DNA from: Haliotis rubra
Taxonomy: Eukaryota
DNA: 64,000 nucleotides
NCBI RefSeq assembly: GCF_003918875.1
Contig: NW_025767451.1
Coordinates: 186,001-250,000, forward strand
Reading direction: 5' to 3'
Shown: one piece after another, positions 14,001 through 25,634 of the stretch
Numbering within the stretch: position 1 is the first letter of the stretch
How the letters are laid out: every line of letters begins with the position of its first letter
The notes under the pieces: generated by a model
What the model saw: only the letters and a program-made list of their open reading frames with translations
The model's database searches: none
Told to the model about the DNA's origin: nothing
Position numbers and translations under genes: made by a program

Positions 14001-17000
14001 GTATCTCGTTATCCTGCCACCCTAGTATCTCGTTATACTGCCACCCTAGTATCTCGTTATACTGCCACCCTAGTATCTCGTTATACTGCCACCCTAGTAT
14101 CTCGTTATCCTGCCACCCTAGTATCTCGTTATACTGCCACCCTAGTATCTCGTTATACTGCCACCCTAGTATCTCGTTATCTCGTTATACTGCCACCCTA
14201 GTATCTCGTTATACTGCCACCCTAGTATCTCGTTATACTGCCACCCTAGTATCTCGTTATACTGCCACCCTAGTATCTCGTTATCCTGCCGCCCTAGTAT
14301 CCCGTTATCCTGCCACCCTAGTATCTCGTTATACTGCCACCCTAGTATCTCGTTATACCCTGCCACCCTAGTATCTCGTTATCCTGCAACCCTAGTATCT
14401 CGTTATATCTCGTTATCCTGCCACCCTAGTATCTCGTTATCCTGCCACCCTAGTATCTCGTTATACTGCCACCCTAGTATCTCGTTATCCCTGCCACCCT
14501 AGTATCTCGTTATCCCGCCACCCTAGTATCTCGTTATACTGCCACCCTAGTATCTCGTTATCCCTGCCACCCTAGTATCTCGTTATCCTCCTGCAACCCT
14601 AGTATCCTCGTTATATCCTGCCACCCTAGTATCTCGTTATTATAGTCTCGTTATGCCACCCTAGTATCTCGTTATCCTGCCACCCTAGTATCTCGTTATC
14701 CTGCCACCCTAGTATCTCGTTATCCTGCCACCCTAGTATCTCGTTATCCCGCCGCCCTAGTATCTCGTTATCCCGCCACCCTAGTATCTCGTTATCCTGC
14801 CACCATAGTATCCTGTTATCCTGCCACCCTAGTATCCCGTTATCCCGCCACCCTAGCGTCTCATTACCCCGCCACCCTAGTGTCTCGTTACCCTGCCACC
14901 CTAGTATCTCATTATCGTACCAACCTATCTTCAGGCGACGACACTATACACAGTATTGTTTCAATTTCTTTGGGTACTTGAGGTTCCGTTTTCCTAACGA
15001 ATGCTACGACTTACATAAGTTTCAAAGTGTTTTTGTCATGAAGTTTTCTGAAGACATCTTCTTACCAGATCAACAACTTGCCTGATCGCCAGATCCAGAG
15101 TCACCTCCACACTCTGGTTGTTCCCAGGCCGCGGACTGACTTCCCTCTGGTAAGATTCCAGTAACGACCCCAACAGGTTGCCTACACCGACGAACTTATC
15201 ATAATGATCATATTCCACATCACATTGTGTAATCCAACATACGACGTGGAAGCCAACTTGTTTTATCTTAACAGACATCAACAACTAAGTGAGGTTCGTA
15301 TTTTACCTGATTTACCTGCTTTCATTACCTGTACTCAGCATTGACAAACGCATGGGAATTCAGATAAACTTCACTCTTTTCTTTATTTCCTTATTCCGGA
15401 AATGATGAACAGTACCCCGTGCTTGCTTGTCGTCTCCAGTTCCCCATACTTGTGGTCCCTAGTACCCCATGTCTTTCCCCAGTACCTTTTGCTTGTCTTC
15501 TCTAGCCCTTATGTTTGTCATCCCAGTACCCTATGCTTGTAGTCAGTGCCAGTGTGTGTTTATTTAGGCCCATGATACAGATATTGTGGTACATATATTT
15601 GTTGTATACAGAGAGCTTGAAATGATGGCTCGCAATTATAATAGATGTATTTATACATGAGTAACAGCTTTTACAAAATAAATGCATTGAAATTGTTTAT
15701 CTAAGAGGGACATCTTCAAAGAACATTCGTCTTTTCTTGGCTGCTGAAAAAAGAAATTTACAGAGATTTCTCAAGATCACACCTTTTGAGAGAAATACTG
15801 CTGGCATCTTATCCGAAGTTGGATATTCCCAATAGTATTTTGGAAGAAGTGTATATCTTAGATTATGATAAAAGGGGCACTTTAAACAAAAATGGTACTC
15901 GGATTCAATGTTTGGGACAATACAGAATGGACATAATCTTTCTGATCTGGGAATATTCCACCTCGAACTCATGATTTGAACAAATAAATCTGATGAAATT
16001 TGCAATGTAAACTTTAACTGTTACAGTTTCGAGTATATTTGAGTAGCTAAACTGATTATTAAGAGTTCTGTAGAAATCGAACTTCGCGAAACCATTTCTG
16101 CTATATCAATACACCTTTCCTTAAACTGAGAGATAAATAAAACACTATTTCCTACACCTTGTTGTAGCCAAACTTCACCAAAACCATAACTGAATAATAA
16201 TGATTTAACGTTTAATGCCCAACAAGACTTGCCGTTTTCAGCTTTTCGATACTGAAAATTATAGGAGTGCTTCAAAATCACATTGTCGGCTTGCGACAAT
16301 AACGAGATACCAAAATTTGATTATTTTGACATAGTGAAAACCTTTAACATTAGGTCTACCTAAAATACCACGAGCTTACAACATTGGAGTACCTCTATTT
16401 AACGATAACATTAATTTATCATGAATACCTTCAATATCAGGCGATGAGTGAAATCCCCAAACTTCGGAACCATAAGTAAGACTAGGAAGAACTTTAGTAT
16501 CGAAAATATGCTCAGCAACGTCATGCGGAAGAAAGAGAATTTACCTAATTTTGACATTAGCAACTGCAATACCTTCCAAGCCTGTTGGGCCAGAGTTTTC
16601 TGGGTTAAAAACCAAGACCCTGACGATGACAACTGGACACCTAAATATTTATAACATCCAACCACTTCCATTTTGGAGCCACTCAACCAAAACTTTTCAC
16701 ATGAGCGTAATCTACCGCCGTTACGGAAGACCATAACTTTACTTTTAGCAGTATTGATTGCTAGTTTCCATTTATCACAATATTCTGATAGTAAATTTAA
16801 TCTTTTCTGCAAACCAACAACACTTATATCCATAACTGCAATCTCGTCAGCAAACAGAAGAATAAATATTTCCCAGAATGCCAAAGTTACACCATGTTGT
16901 CCCTCATAAGACATATGCTCGACAAGATCATTGATGAAAAGAGGAAACAGCATCGGGGACATCTGACAGCCCTGTCTTACTCCCTACTACACTGGAAAAA

Positions 17001-19345
17001 GCTGGAGTAACCACAAGGAAGAGATATACATGACTGGACACTTTGATCAATATTTCTAATAATTCTAAATACCTTTCCTTTAACACCACAATTCCAGAGC
17101 TTAAATAATAAACCTTTACGATAGACTGAATCAAAGGCAGCTCATAAATCAATAAAGGCACAATAAAATCTACCACGCTTCTGCGACAAATATTTCTGAA
17201 TGAGAGTATCAATAATGAACATATTATCAGTTGTTTGAAAGCCTTTACGGAAACCTGCCTGTTCTTTGACAATAACATTCTCCTCCGTAGACCACACTAA
17301 GAGCCTATTGCATATTATTTATGCGAAAATTTTACCCGCCACATCAAAAAAGAGTAATAGGCCTGTAGTTACTAGCTTCATTTACACTGCCCTTCTAGTA
17401 AACAGGAAGAATAACCCCAGAAGTCCATTGTTCAGGGTAAATACCGGTGGATAATATTACATTATATAACTTTAGTAACATGACAGTACATTCTAATGGG
17501 GCATGTTTAAAACATTCTATGGGAATACCATTAAATCCTGGTGCTTTACAAGACTTCATTGAGTCAATGGCAGACAACACTTCATCTAAAGTGATAGTCC
17601 TATCAAGTTCATCATCGCCATCAGCTGTCATGTTGATAAAATCCTCGTCAATTGAATCAACAAAGCCATCGACGAATTTATAAAATTCAATAAAGTTTAC
17701 ACAGTTTTTGCTTTCATGAAACACACCTTTAAAGTGGTTAATCCAGTCATTTAAGCTTATATTTTTGGAAAAAGTCATTGATTTTCTTGATACAAGAGAC
17801 CAGAATGTTCTACTGTCATGTTGCTTTAACGATTCACAGAGTGTTTCCATGAAAGAGTTTGAGAAAGCTTGGGCTTTCCGTTTACATAACAGTTTATAGT
17901 GTCTCCAGGCTGCAATGTACACCTGTCTGTCAGCACTACTGTTCGAGGCGTGAAACACGCGCAGCCTCCCTCGCGCTGTTGCACGTGCTCTCTCACATTC
18001 AGCGTCGTACCAGTTACCTCCCTTCTTATCCCGACTGTTAGCAGCGACAGGAGGAGACTTGCCACAGCCAAGCGCACATGTTTTCATGATGTTTGTTAAC
18101 ACAGAGACATCAGTGTTTACATTTCGAGATGATAGAATATCATCGAACTCTTGCCTGTTTTCTTGTGATTCAACGTACCATCTCTGCTTGTAAATCTTCC
18201 TTGATTTCATCTTTCCAGTACAGTCTGCATTTAGGTAATAATGTAGCAGTTTCTTCTGAGGAGTTATGGCATGGTATTGATAACGAAAATGATATTGGCA
18301 AGTGAGTAGATTCTATTTGGTCGGCAATGGCAAATTCCTTGAATAGAAAGAATGTATGTTGTGAAGCTAACACATGGTCTACGACGCTTTGTCCGTCATT
18401 TGCAAGGCAAGTAATTTTACCAATTCCAGCGTCTGCTCCGATTCTTCCGTTACAGATCCTGAGGCCTGACAGGTTACAAAAGTCCAGTAATTCATTACTT
18501 CTTTTGTTAATGACAGGGTCTCTGGAGGAGAGGGTAACACAGCGTCATCTTGAGTGTAGTCCATGTCGTCGTCGATAGGCAGGTGTTTGACGTCATCGTT
18601 GACTATGTAGTCAGGAGAAGAGTTTGTACGAGCATTGAGATCACCCATAATGATGATATGGCAATCAGGATAATCAGATTTGAAGTTTATTATCTCGTTT
18701 TCTAGAATGTCAAACAGTGCTTCTGATGAGTGGATACTAAAATGTGGTGGAGAGAAGTATACCAGACCAATTATCAACACATTATTGTCAATTTCGGGAT
18801 TGTTTGTTTTCAGCCACAAACTATTTTCAGAGTCAGAATAAAGCGAACTAAACATATTTGAAATATCGTCTTGAGCAGAAACAGCAAGCCACCCGAATTT
18901 CTAATAGAGTTCTTATTCTGGATTCAAATTAGTATATATCCTGAAAACACATCACTTTCACATGCCCATGTTTCTACAAATCCTAAAATACCATACTTAG
19001 ACACAAACTATTTAAATGAGGGTAACTGTAGTTTTCCTTTAAGACCTTCTATGTTCCAACATGAAGGTTGTAGTGGTTGATAGACTGATTAATTTTATCT
19101 GTAATACTCAATATATAATACGAATGTCTACACGGGCATAATTATAACGTATTATATCTACATATGATGCCAGCGTATTTCTGTCTCTAGACAAAACAGA
19201 ACACGACGGCATTCAATGCCATATCCCTCACAGCTCCAGGAAAGTAAATACAATCCAATATCGATATCAACGTACCCTTGCTTGCGTCGGTTCTGGAGAC
19301 AAGGACAGCAAGGACGCTGACAGGTCCGACCAGCAGAGACAGCAT
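5012..19345 (-). CDS. Nicotinic acetylcholine receptor-like Cys-loop subunit, non-alpha type; 7 coding exons: 19276-19345, 15066-15181, 13097-13141, 12798-12907, 6139-6677, 5459-5646, 5012-5290
   Basis: GT-AG junctions with consistent phases. Signal peptide MLSLLVGPVSVLAVLVSRTDA; characteristic 45-nt (AQTKQILRTNLWIRL) and 110-nt (WTDHRLQW...IWTPDLTLY) nAChR exons; Cys-loop CGVDTTYFPFDKQRC; M1 after RRP; GEKVGLEVTLLLSLTVF M2; M4 DWLIIASILDRFF. No vicinal CC in loop C. Confidence 0.92.
5853..6018 (+). mobile_element. tRNA-derived SINE, full length, (CACT)n tail
   Basis: GGGGCGGTGGGGTAGCCTA.TGGTTAAAGCG head with A/B-box-like motifs, CACT-repeat tail, approximate TSD CCAGGCCC(C/T)GT; several homologous copies in the window. 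Confidence 0.85.
6815..12650. repeat. 22-bp tandem satellite (GGTACTGGAGACGACAAGCATG)n in nAChR intron 4
   Basis: Directly visible tandem array of ~5.8 kb; homogeneous at both ends, degenerate at ~8400-11100. Confidence 0.97.
13335..14925. repeat. 24-bp tandem satellite (CCACCCTAGTATCTCGTTATMCTG)n in nAChR intron 2
   Basis: Directly visible tandem array of ~1.6 kb. Confidence 0.97.
15556..19080 (-). mobile_element. Decayed non-LTR retrotransposon ORF2 (APE endonuclease + RT + C-terminal CCHC) in nAChR intron 1
   Basis: WNIEGL, MGDLNART and STHLP endonuclease motifs; KAPGFNGI, SPMLFPLFINDL, LLFADE and YKYLG RT motifs; CPFC...EYHF..KC knuckle; many frameshifts; AATAAA-type 3' end near 15560. 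Confidence 0.9.
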
Positions 19346-19664
19346 CGTGGCCCTCTGGGTTAACAACAGTTACTGGTCTGTCTTACACAAGGCCGCTGAC
19401 AGTACCGACCAACAGAGACAGCATCGAGGCCCTCTGGGTTGACAACAGTGCTGAATAAGGAAACGTTTCTCTGTGCCAAAGTTATTTCCTTATACAACTG
19501 ATAAATTCAAGTGGTACTTGTAACTGTTAACGGAACATGAATGAGTGAATCAATGAGACGTGTCAATTCAATGATATATTTGTCTCAGTGTCGTGCGTGA
19601 CCAGAGACTTTACAATGACTAAATGTTACATAATGTATTTTCATTTGATTCACCTTCTACAACG

Positions 19665-19830
19665 ACCCACCAAATTGTAACTTCATCTCTTCAAATTCTT
19701 TATTTTATCATGAACACATATTTTCTCGTTTTATTAAAAATGGCTAGACCCACCAAATTGTAACTTTATCTCTTCAAATTCTTTATTTTATCATGAACAC
19801 ATATTTTCTCGTTTTATTAAAAATGGCTAG
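19665..19830. repeat. Direct tandem duplication of ~83 bp upstream of the nAChR gene
   Basis: ACCCACCAAATTGTAAC...AAAAATGGCTAG occurs twice in tandem. Confidence 0.85.
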
Positions 19831-20689
19831 CTGTTAAAAAGGAAGTACTCAGGCGATTGCGTGGCTCATTCGGTTTAATAAGGTTCACTTCAGCTGAGAT
19901 TCACCCTAAAATGTCCGACCCGTTGTGTTTTAATGCATGAAAATGACATCGTAAGGTTACGAAAATATATTGACAAGGAAACCGCCATCTCACAAACAGT
20001 TTCCTTGTGTAGATTAAATTTAAGGAAGGACATGGAACTACGGTACTTGACACAGCGGCATTTAGATTGTATGATGAGTTTCCTATGTGACCTTTTGTGG
20101 TCATTAAAACAAAGGACAGGGAGATCCGGCGCTTTCGGTTTTGGAACTGAATAAGCTGGCACTTTATAACTAGAAATGTATTTCCAAAAACATAGTCCAT
20201 GACATATTTTGAATAATTCAGTTTGGTTAGAATTTATTTTGTTTGTCAATGAATGCAGTAGACAGCCAGATACACAGATAAACTATAGTCTTGTCTTGGA
20301 ATAACAATGACCGAAATGTCCGGAATAATATAATCCGATTAATTGAATATTCAGTCCATAATCTATATACATGAAAAAATGTATCGCTACACCCCATAAT
20401 GTTTTTCCATAGGATAAATTTATTACTATTAAGCACTGTAAAAGAACGTATCAAAACCTCAATTTAACTTACTATCTGGATAAACCGACCCTTGGGGAGA
20501 ATCTAAACGCAAAAAATGTAAACATGTAAATCTCATTTTGTTGTGTTGATACACGTGGTCGTATGAAGTTAACAAGTGGTCATTTAAAACATTTAGGTTT
20601 ATAAACCAGTGCTTAAGAAATCACATAAGTATCAACAGGGATAATATATAGTCTCCCTGGTATCAATAAGCGCGCGCAATGTCAATATC

Positions 20690-21230
20690 AATTGTAAACT
20701 TCAACAACTGCAATAACATCCCTGACCCTCCTCATTGGCTGTATCAGACGTTGAGGTATTGCGTTATTTTGCAGGGCTTCTTCCGATACATCAAGATTTT
20801 GTGCTGAAGGCTCTCTCTGGCGTATTATGCGACACATAATGTCCGAAGCATGCCATAGCTCTATGGGGTTAAGATCTGGGCTGACGGTGGGCTTAAGTGG
20901 AGTTGCTACCGCCTCTTGACGTAAGAGATCATCAACGGTGCGTACTTGCTGCAGACAACTATTGTCGCCCATGAAGACTGGCCTTGTGATCAGGGCATGC
21001 CATCGAAATGTGGCACAACAACCGTTTCTAGGATGTCAGTGATGTACCGTTGTCCATTTAGATTTTGTCTGATCGTCACAAGGCCAGGTTTACAGGCATG
21101 TGGGAGGCACTGCTACACCATCAAGGAACCCACGTCAAACGGTACTTGCTCCACTGCTTTGTGGACAACGATGTGTTTGGTCGTCTGGTTCTATGCCATG
21201 CCGGTTCAGGCGATCGAACCGTTCTGATGG
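20690..21230 (-). mobile_element. Tc1-like transposase remnant
   Basis: SPDLNPIE motif and degraded Tc1 DDE-region residues across several frames. Confidence 0.75.
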
Positions 21231-22394
21231 ACAAACGACGATATAGAAGCCACATACGTTCACCCATTTCTTCTATCCATTTGATCTACTTTTACTGTGT
21301 TTCTGTTACATACACCTTTCTACACTTTGCTGTCTCCATGTCTCTTCCAAGATACCAGACAGAAAAGACAGGGACGAAAGGAAGCCGATTCATGTGGAAC
21401 TGAATGTTGGGTTCAACGGCAAAATACTTAAACCGTTCGAAATTATGCAATACTATGCATGAAAACAACTGATGACCGTTGTTTTACAGAAATAGTTAAA
21501 ACAAACCAATTTTTGCTTTTCCATGGCAACAGTTCCGAAATACAATCAAATGATTGTTGAACTGTGCAAAAAGGTTTTAACCATTGCTTGTGAGACTTTG
21601 CATATATATCACACATGATCGATTTCAGATTATGTAGGTCCTCATATCCCGACTAACTAAACCACAGGTTTTTCCATAAACACTTGGAAAAGCAGATTCT
21701 CTGGGTGCCACATGAGATATAATCGGTATTACGTCATCTTTAAAACTCGGACGACGAATCGCTGGAAAAAGATATTCACCGAATACTGCCTGGTGTAACG
21801 TTTGGGACTGTCCATATGTTAGGATGTCAAAAGTTCAACCATAAGGCCAAACTGATGATAGTCTAATGGTTTAGGTCGTCAGATATAAATATTGTTATCT
21901 GTCATAGAAATTGATTGCAAGTGGTAGCAGTATAACTGAAACGCTCGTAAAATATCGTGGGCTGTAGTGTTAACAGGAAGAGTGTCTCATTTACATATTT
22001 CAGTCTGATTGTCGGAGAAGTTTGATAGTTCCTGGAAGTCTGGCTATACCTACCCTACTCCTCCACTGGAAGGGATGCATCCAATATACATGGGCCTCTA
22101 ATTGACACAGATTCATACGATCTGAGAAAACAGAGCCCTGGTCTGCCGTACTGTGTAATGTTGGCGATTACTTATGACTGTTTCCAGCTATTGTATAGTT
22201 TGACTGGATACGATCTGGGTAGGAAGGTTTAAAATAGCATCTCTTTTCCAAAACAAGAAGAGTCTGGACAAAAAAGTATGATATCATCAAGAAAGTAGCA
22301 CAAAACTCAGCTCTATCGAGCTTGCAACTTAATGGGGAAAACTTTTGCTTTGGCAAAGAGGCCAAAACAAAACTTCACAAGACTACCCATTGCT

Positions 22395-22559
22395 GACTGA
22401 CTGAGTTTGGTTTTACGCCGCTTTTAGCAATATTCCAGCAACATCACGGCGGGGGACACCAGAAATGGGCTTCACACATTGTACCCATGTGCGGATTCGA
22501 ACTAGGGTCTTCGGCATGACGAGCCAACGCTTTAACCCCTAGGCTATCCCACCGCCCCG
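22395..22559 (-). mobile_element. tRNA-derived SINE (same family as 5853)
   Basis: Reverse-complement homology to 5853-6018 over its full length. Confidence 0.85.
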
Positions 22560-23032
22560 ACTACCCATGAGAAGAGCCCAAAACGCTGATTGTAATACAA
22601 ACACCTGGGTCATACAGATGGAAATCCTTAAAGCTGGAGGTTCATCAATTCAGTTCTTTCAGGAGTGTTCCGTTTTAACAGTTATAGTGACATCATTTCA
22701 GGTATCTATCAATCTTAATGAAGCAGCAAACTCCTGTTAATACAAACAATACCTAACGAAACCATCTGGATTAGAATATACTACTGAACTTTCCACACGG
22801 ATGTTCAGATGAGTCAAATATATTCAAATATACACAGCACATATTATGATAATCCTAGTCAAACTTTAAGGAGTCTAACTCAGGAGCATGAATGTCCCCA
22901 TCAGAGTGTAGCCACGGACCAGAGATTCAAGAAAAAGAGACTGACAAAGGATTCACCATAGTTGGACACATTTGCAAGCAAATCATATGTCATGACATAT
23001 TGTGAAAAACAAAATGCTTTTCAGACAAACAT

Positions 23033-23578
23033 TTCACACTGTCTACATACAGTAAAATCAGAGGCTCATATGTAAAATGTTTCACATCTACATACAGTAA
23101 ACCCAAATGATATGCAAAATTTCACACTGTCTACATACAGTAAACCCAGAGGCTGTGATATGCAAAATGGTTCACACTGTCTACATACAGTAAAACCAGA
23201 GGCTGTGATATGCAAAATGGTTCACACTGTCTACATACAGTAAAACCAGAGGCTGTGATATGTAAAATGGTTCACACTGTCTACATACAGTAAAACCAGA
23301 GGCTGTGATATGCAAAATGGTTCACACTGTCTACATACAGTAAAACCAGAGGCTGTGATGTGTAAAATGTTTCACACTGTCTACGGTACATACAGTAAAA
23401 TCAGAGGTGTGACATGTAAAACGTTTCACACTGTCTACATACAGTAAAACCAGAGGCTGTGATGTGTAAAATGTTTCACACTGTCTACGGTACATACAGT
23501 AAAATCAGAGGTGTGACATGTAAAACGTTTCACACTGTCTACATACAGTCAATTCAGAGGCTGTGATGTGTAAAATGT
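23033..23578. repeat. ~50-bp minisatellite (TTCACACTGTCTACATACAGTAAAACCAGAGGCTGTGATATGCAAAATGG)n
   Basis: About 11 tandem units visible. Confidence 0.92.
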
Positions 23579-25634
23579 GAGCACAAAACACATTCACTTA
23601 AATAAAAGTTTATTCATGAAATTTGTCATACATTTTAAGCAAAAAGGAACACATACTGACATGATCATACCTGGGTTGACATTGACATCATGATGCTCAC
23701 CGGAAGGTGGGTTGTTATCATAGGGACTCGGAATCAGCATCAAGGGCACTTTAGCAGACACATCTCACTGAGTTGAGAGAACTTCCACACAATGTGGCTA
23801 CCTAGAGGCCAAACAATGATGATGATCAATATCTGACTTGCCTAATTGTCTGTCCCCCAAAGTTCAATGAGTAATAGCTTAAATGTTGGCGATATGAAAC
23901 TTCTTCTCCTGCATCACCCACATGCTAAATATTGCCATTACGAGAGAACACCTACAGATTGGAAATTAAGACATTCTCAATAATAAGGCCATGAAGCAGG
24001 TTCAAAATGACATAGACAGAAATAAGTCAAATTGCACACAATGATTGAGGGACACAAGTCTGAAAGGGTAAGATTAATGACAAAAAACATTCTGTGGACT
24101 TTATTTTCAGAGAGCATACACAAATTATTTATTACTCTAACTTGTTACTGTCGAAACCAAAGACAGTATAACAGCTCATTTAGGTCCTGTACCTCTGTAC
24201 CACAGCTAAATCATTTAAGGTCACAACTGGGAATGGGGGTTCTAGGAATCTAGTTGGTTCTGGGGTCCCAACATCAGACAAATAAAAGGTACCTGTCGTT
24301 CTTAATCAGGCAGATGGATTACTCCCTCTCTACTCCTGACTCCTATCTCTCTAAGACTGAGTATGGTACTACTGCCTCGTGACTGTTCCTGTTATAATGC
24401 CCAAAGTCAGCTGGCATTATGCAGCAATACAAGTTTTGACCAGGCAAACCAGGAGTCAGTAGTAATGATCCACCACAGGGCAGTGGGTGCTTCAAGTATG
24501 AGGAACAGAATCATTCAGAACACACTTGAGCATGGTGGATTTAAACACCACCTCCCAACCAATATAACCTTTCACATGTTCAACTGACTCAAGTAACAAT
24601 TTCTCTAACAGATGAAAATAACCTTAAAATAACTTTTCTTACAAAGAACCTCTTTATTCTTGTCTTGTTTTAAGAATTTAAGTTGTGGTGTCAACTCTGA
24701 CGTGTGAATAACCTCCCAGCAACCCAGTGTAAATGCCATGTATAGAGGAAATCTGTTCTGTTTGAGACTCCAACATGAGATGATGTAAACATGTTATCTG
24801 ACACAACATGTGTTCTTGTTATAGCATCACAGGGTAGATTAAAGGCAGCAGGGGGATTAAGTGCTGTATCACTTGGGCAGAGATTTTGATTTGATACTTT
24901 CAGACCCCCATTTTCCATAAGAACAAGTACACAAGCATACAGAGGATACAGTTATTATCCTCCATGAATGTGGTTTAGCCCTCAGTGTCAAACATATAAC
25001 CCATCAGGTTGGCATTCATAGCAGTTTCAGAATATACTGAAACAGCTGGAATTATGACAAAACAAATGAAAACAATCGATTTTTTAGCCACATATATCTT
25101 GAAAGATTAGTTCTTAGGCCAACAGAATTACTCAAAACAGGTTCTGTTACAGTTTTATCTTTGAGTTTTCCTCTGTGTTGTAATGATTGTCTGGCAGGAA
25201 AACAATCTGCAAAACATATTTTAAAACTTTTCTAATTTTGTTGATTTGAAATTTGTGATTTCTTTTTCAGTCCTTAATCTGCCTCAATCTGAAAAATCCC
25301 TTGGTTAAATAATAATTTCTCTCTGGTAGAGGGACCACAGTGTTTCAATCATTCCATCACTGAACGGAAACAGTATTAAAGTCAAGCCTCTGAAGAGTTC
25401 TCTCCCATGGATAATTATATAATTACTTGCTCTTCAGAACCTGATAATGAGTTTTGATACACACCAAATGTCATATGTAAATACAATGTCCTTGACCCTT
25501 AACAATATTGAGACATTAGATGTGTAAGACAGTAACAATGCCAATTTGTAACAGGTTTTATCATCTGTTCATACAAATAACAGCATGCATTCATAGAGTG
25601 AAACTTCTGAATAAGAGACATTTGAAGGACAACA

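Noticed and set aside
6815-14925. CRISPR-like repeat arrays
   Set aside because: Head-to-tail tandem units with no unique spacers, no cas genes, eukaryotic context.
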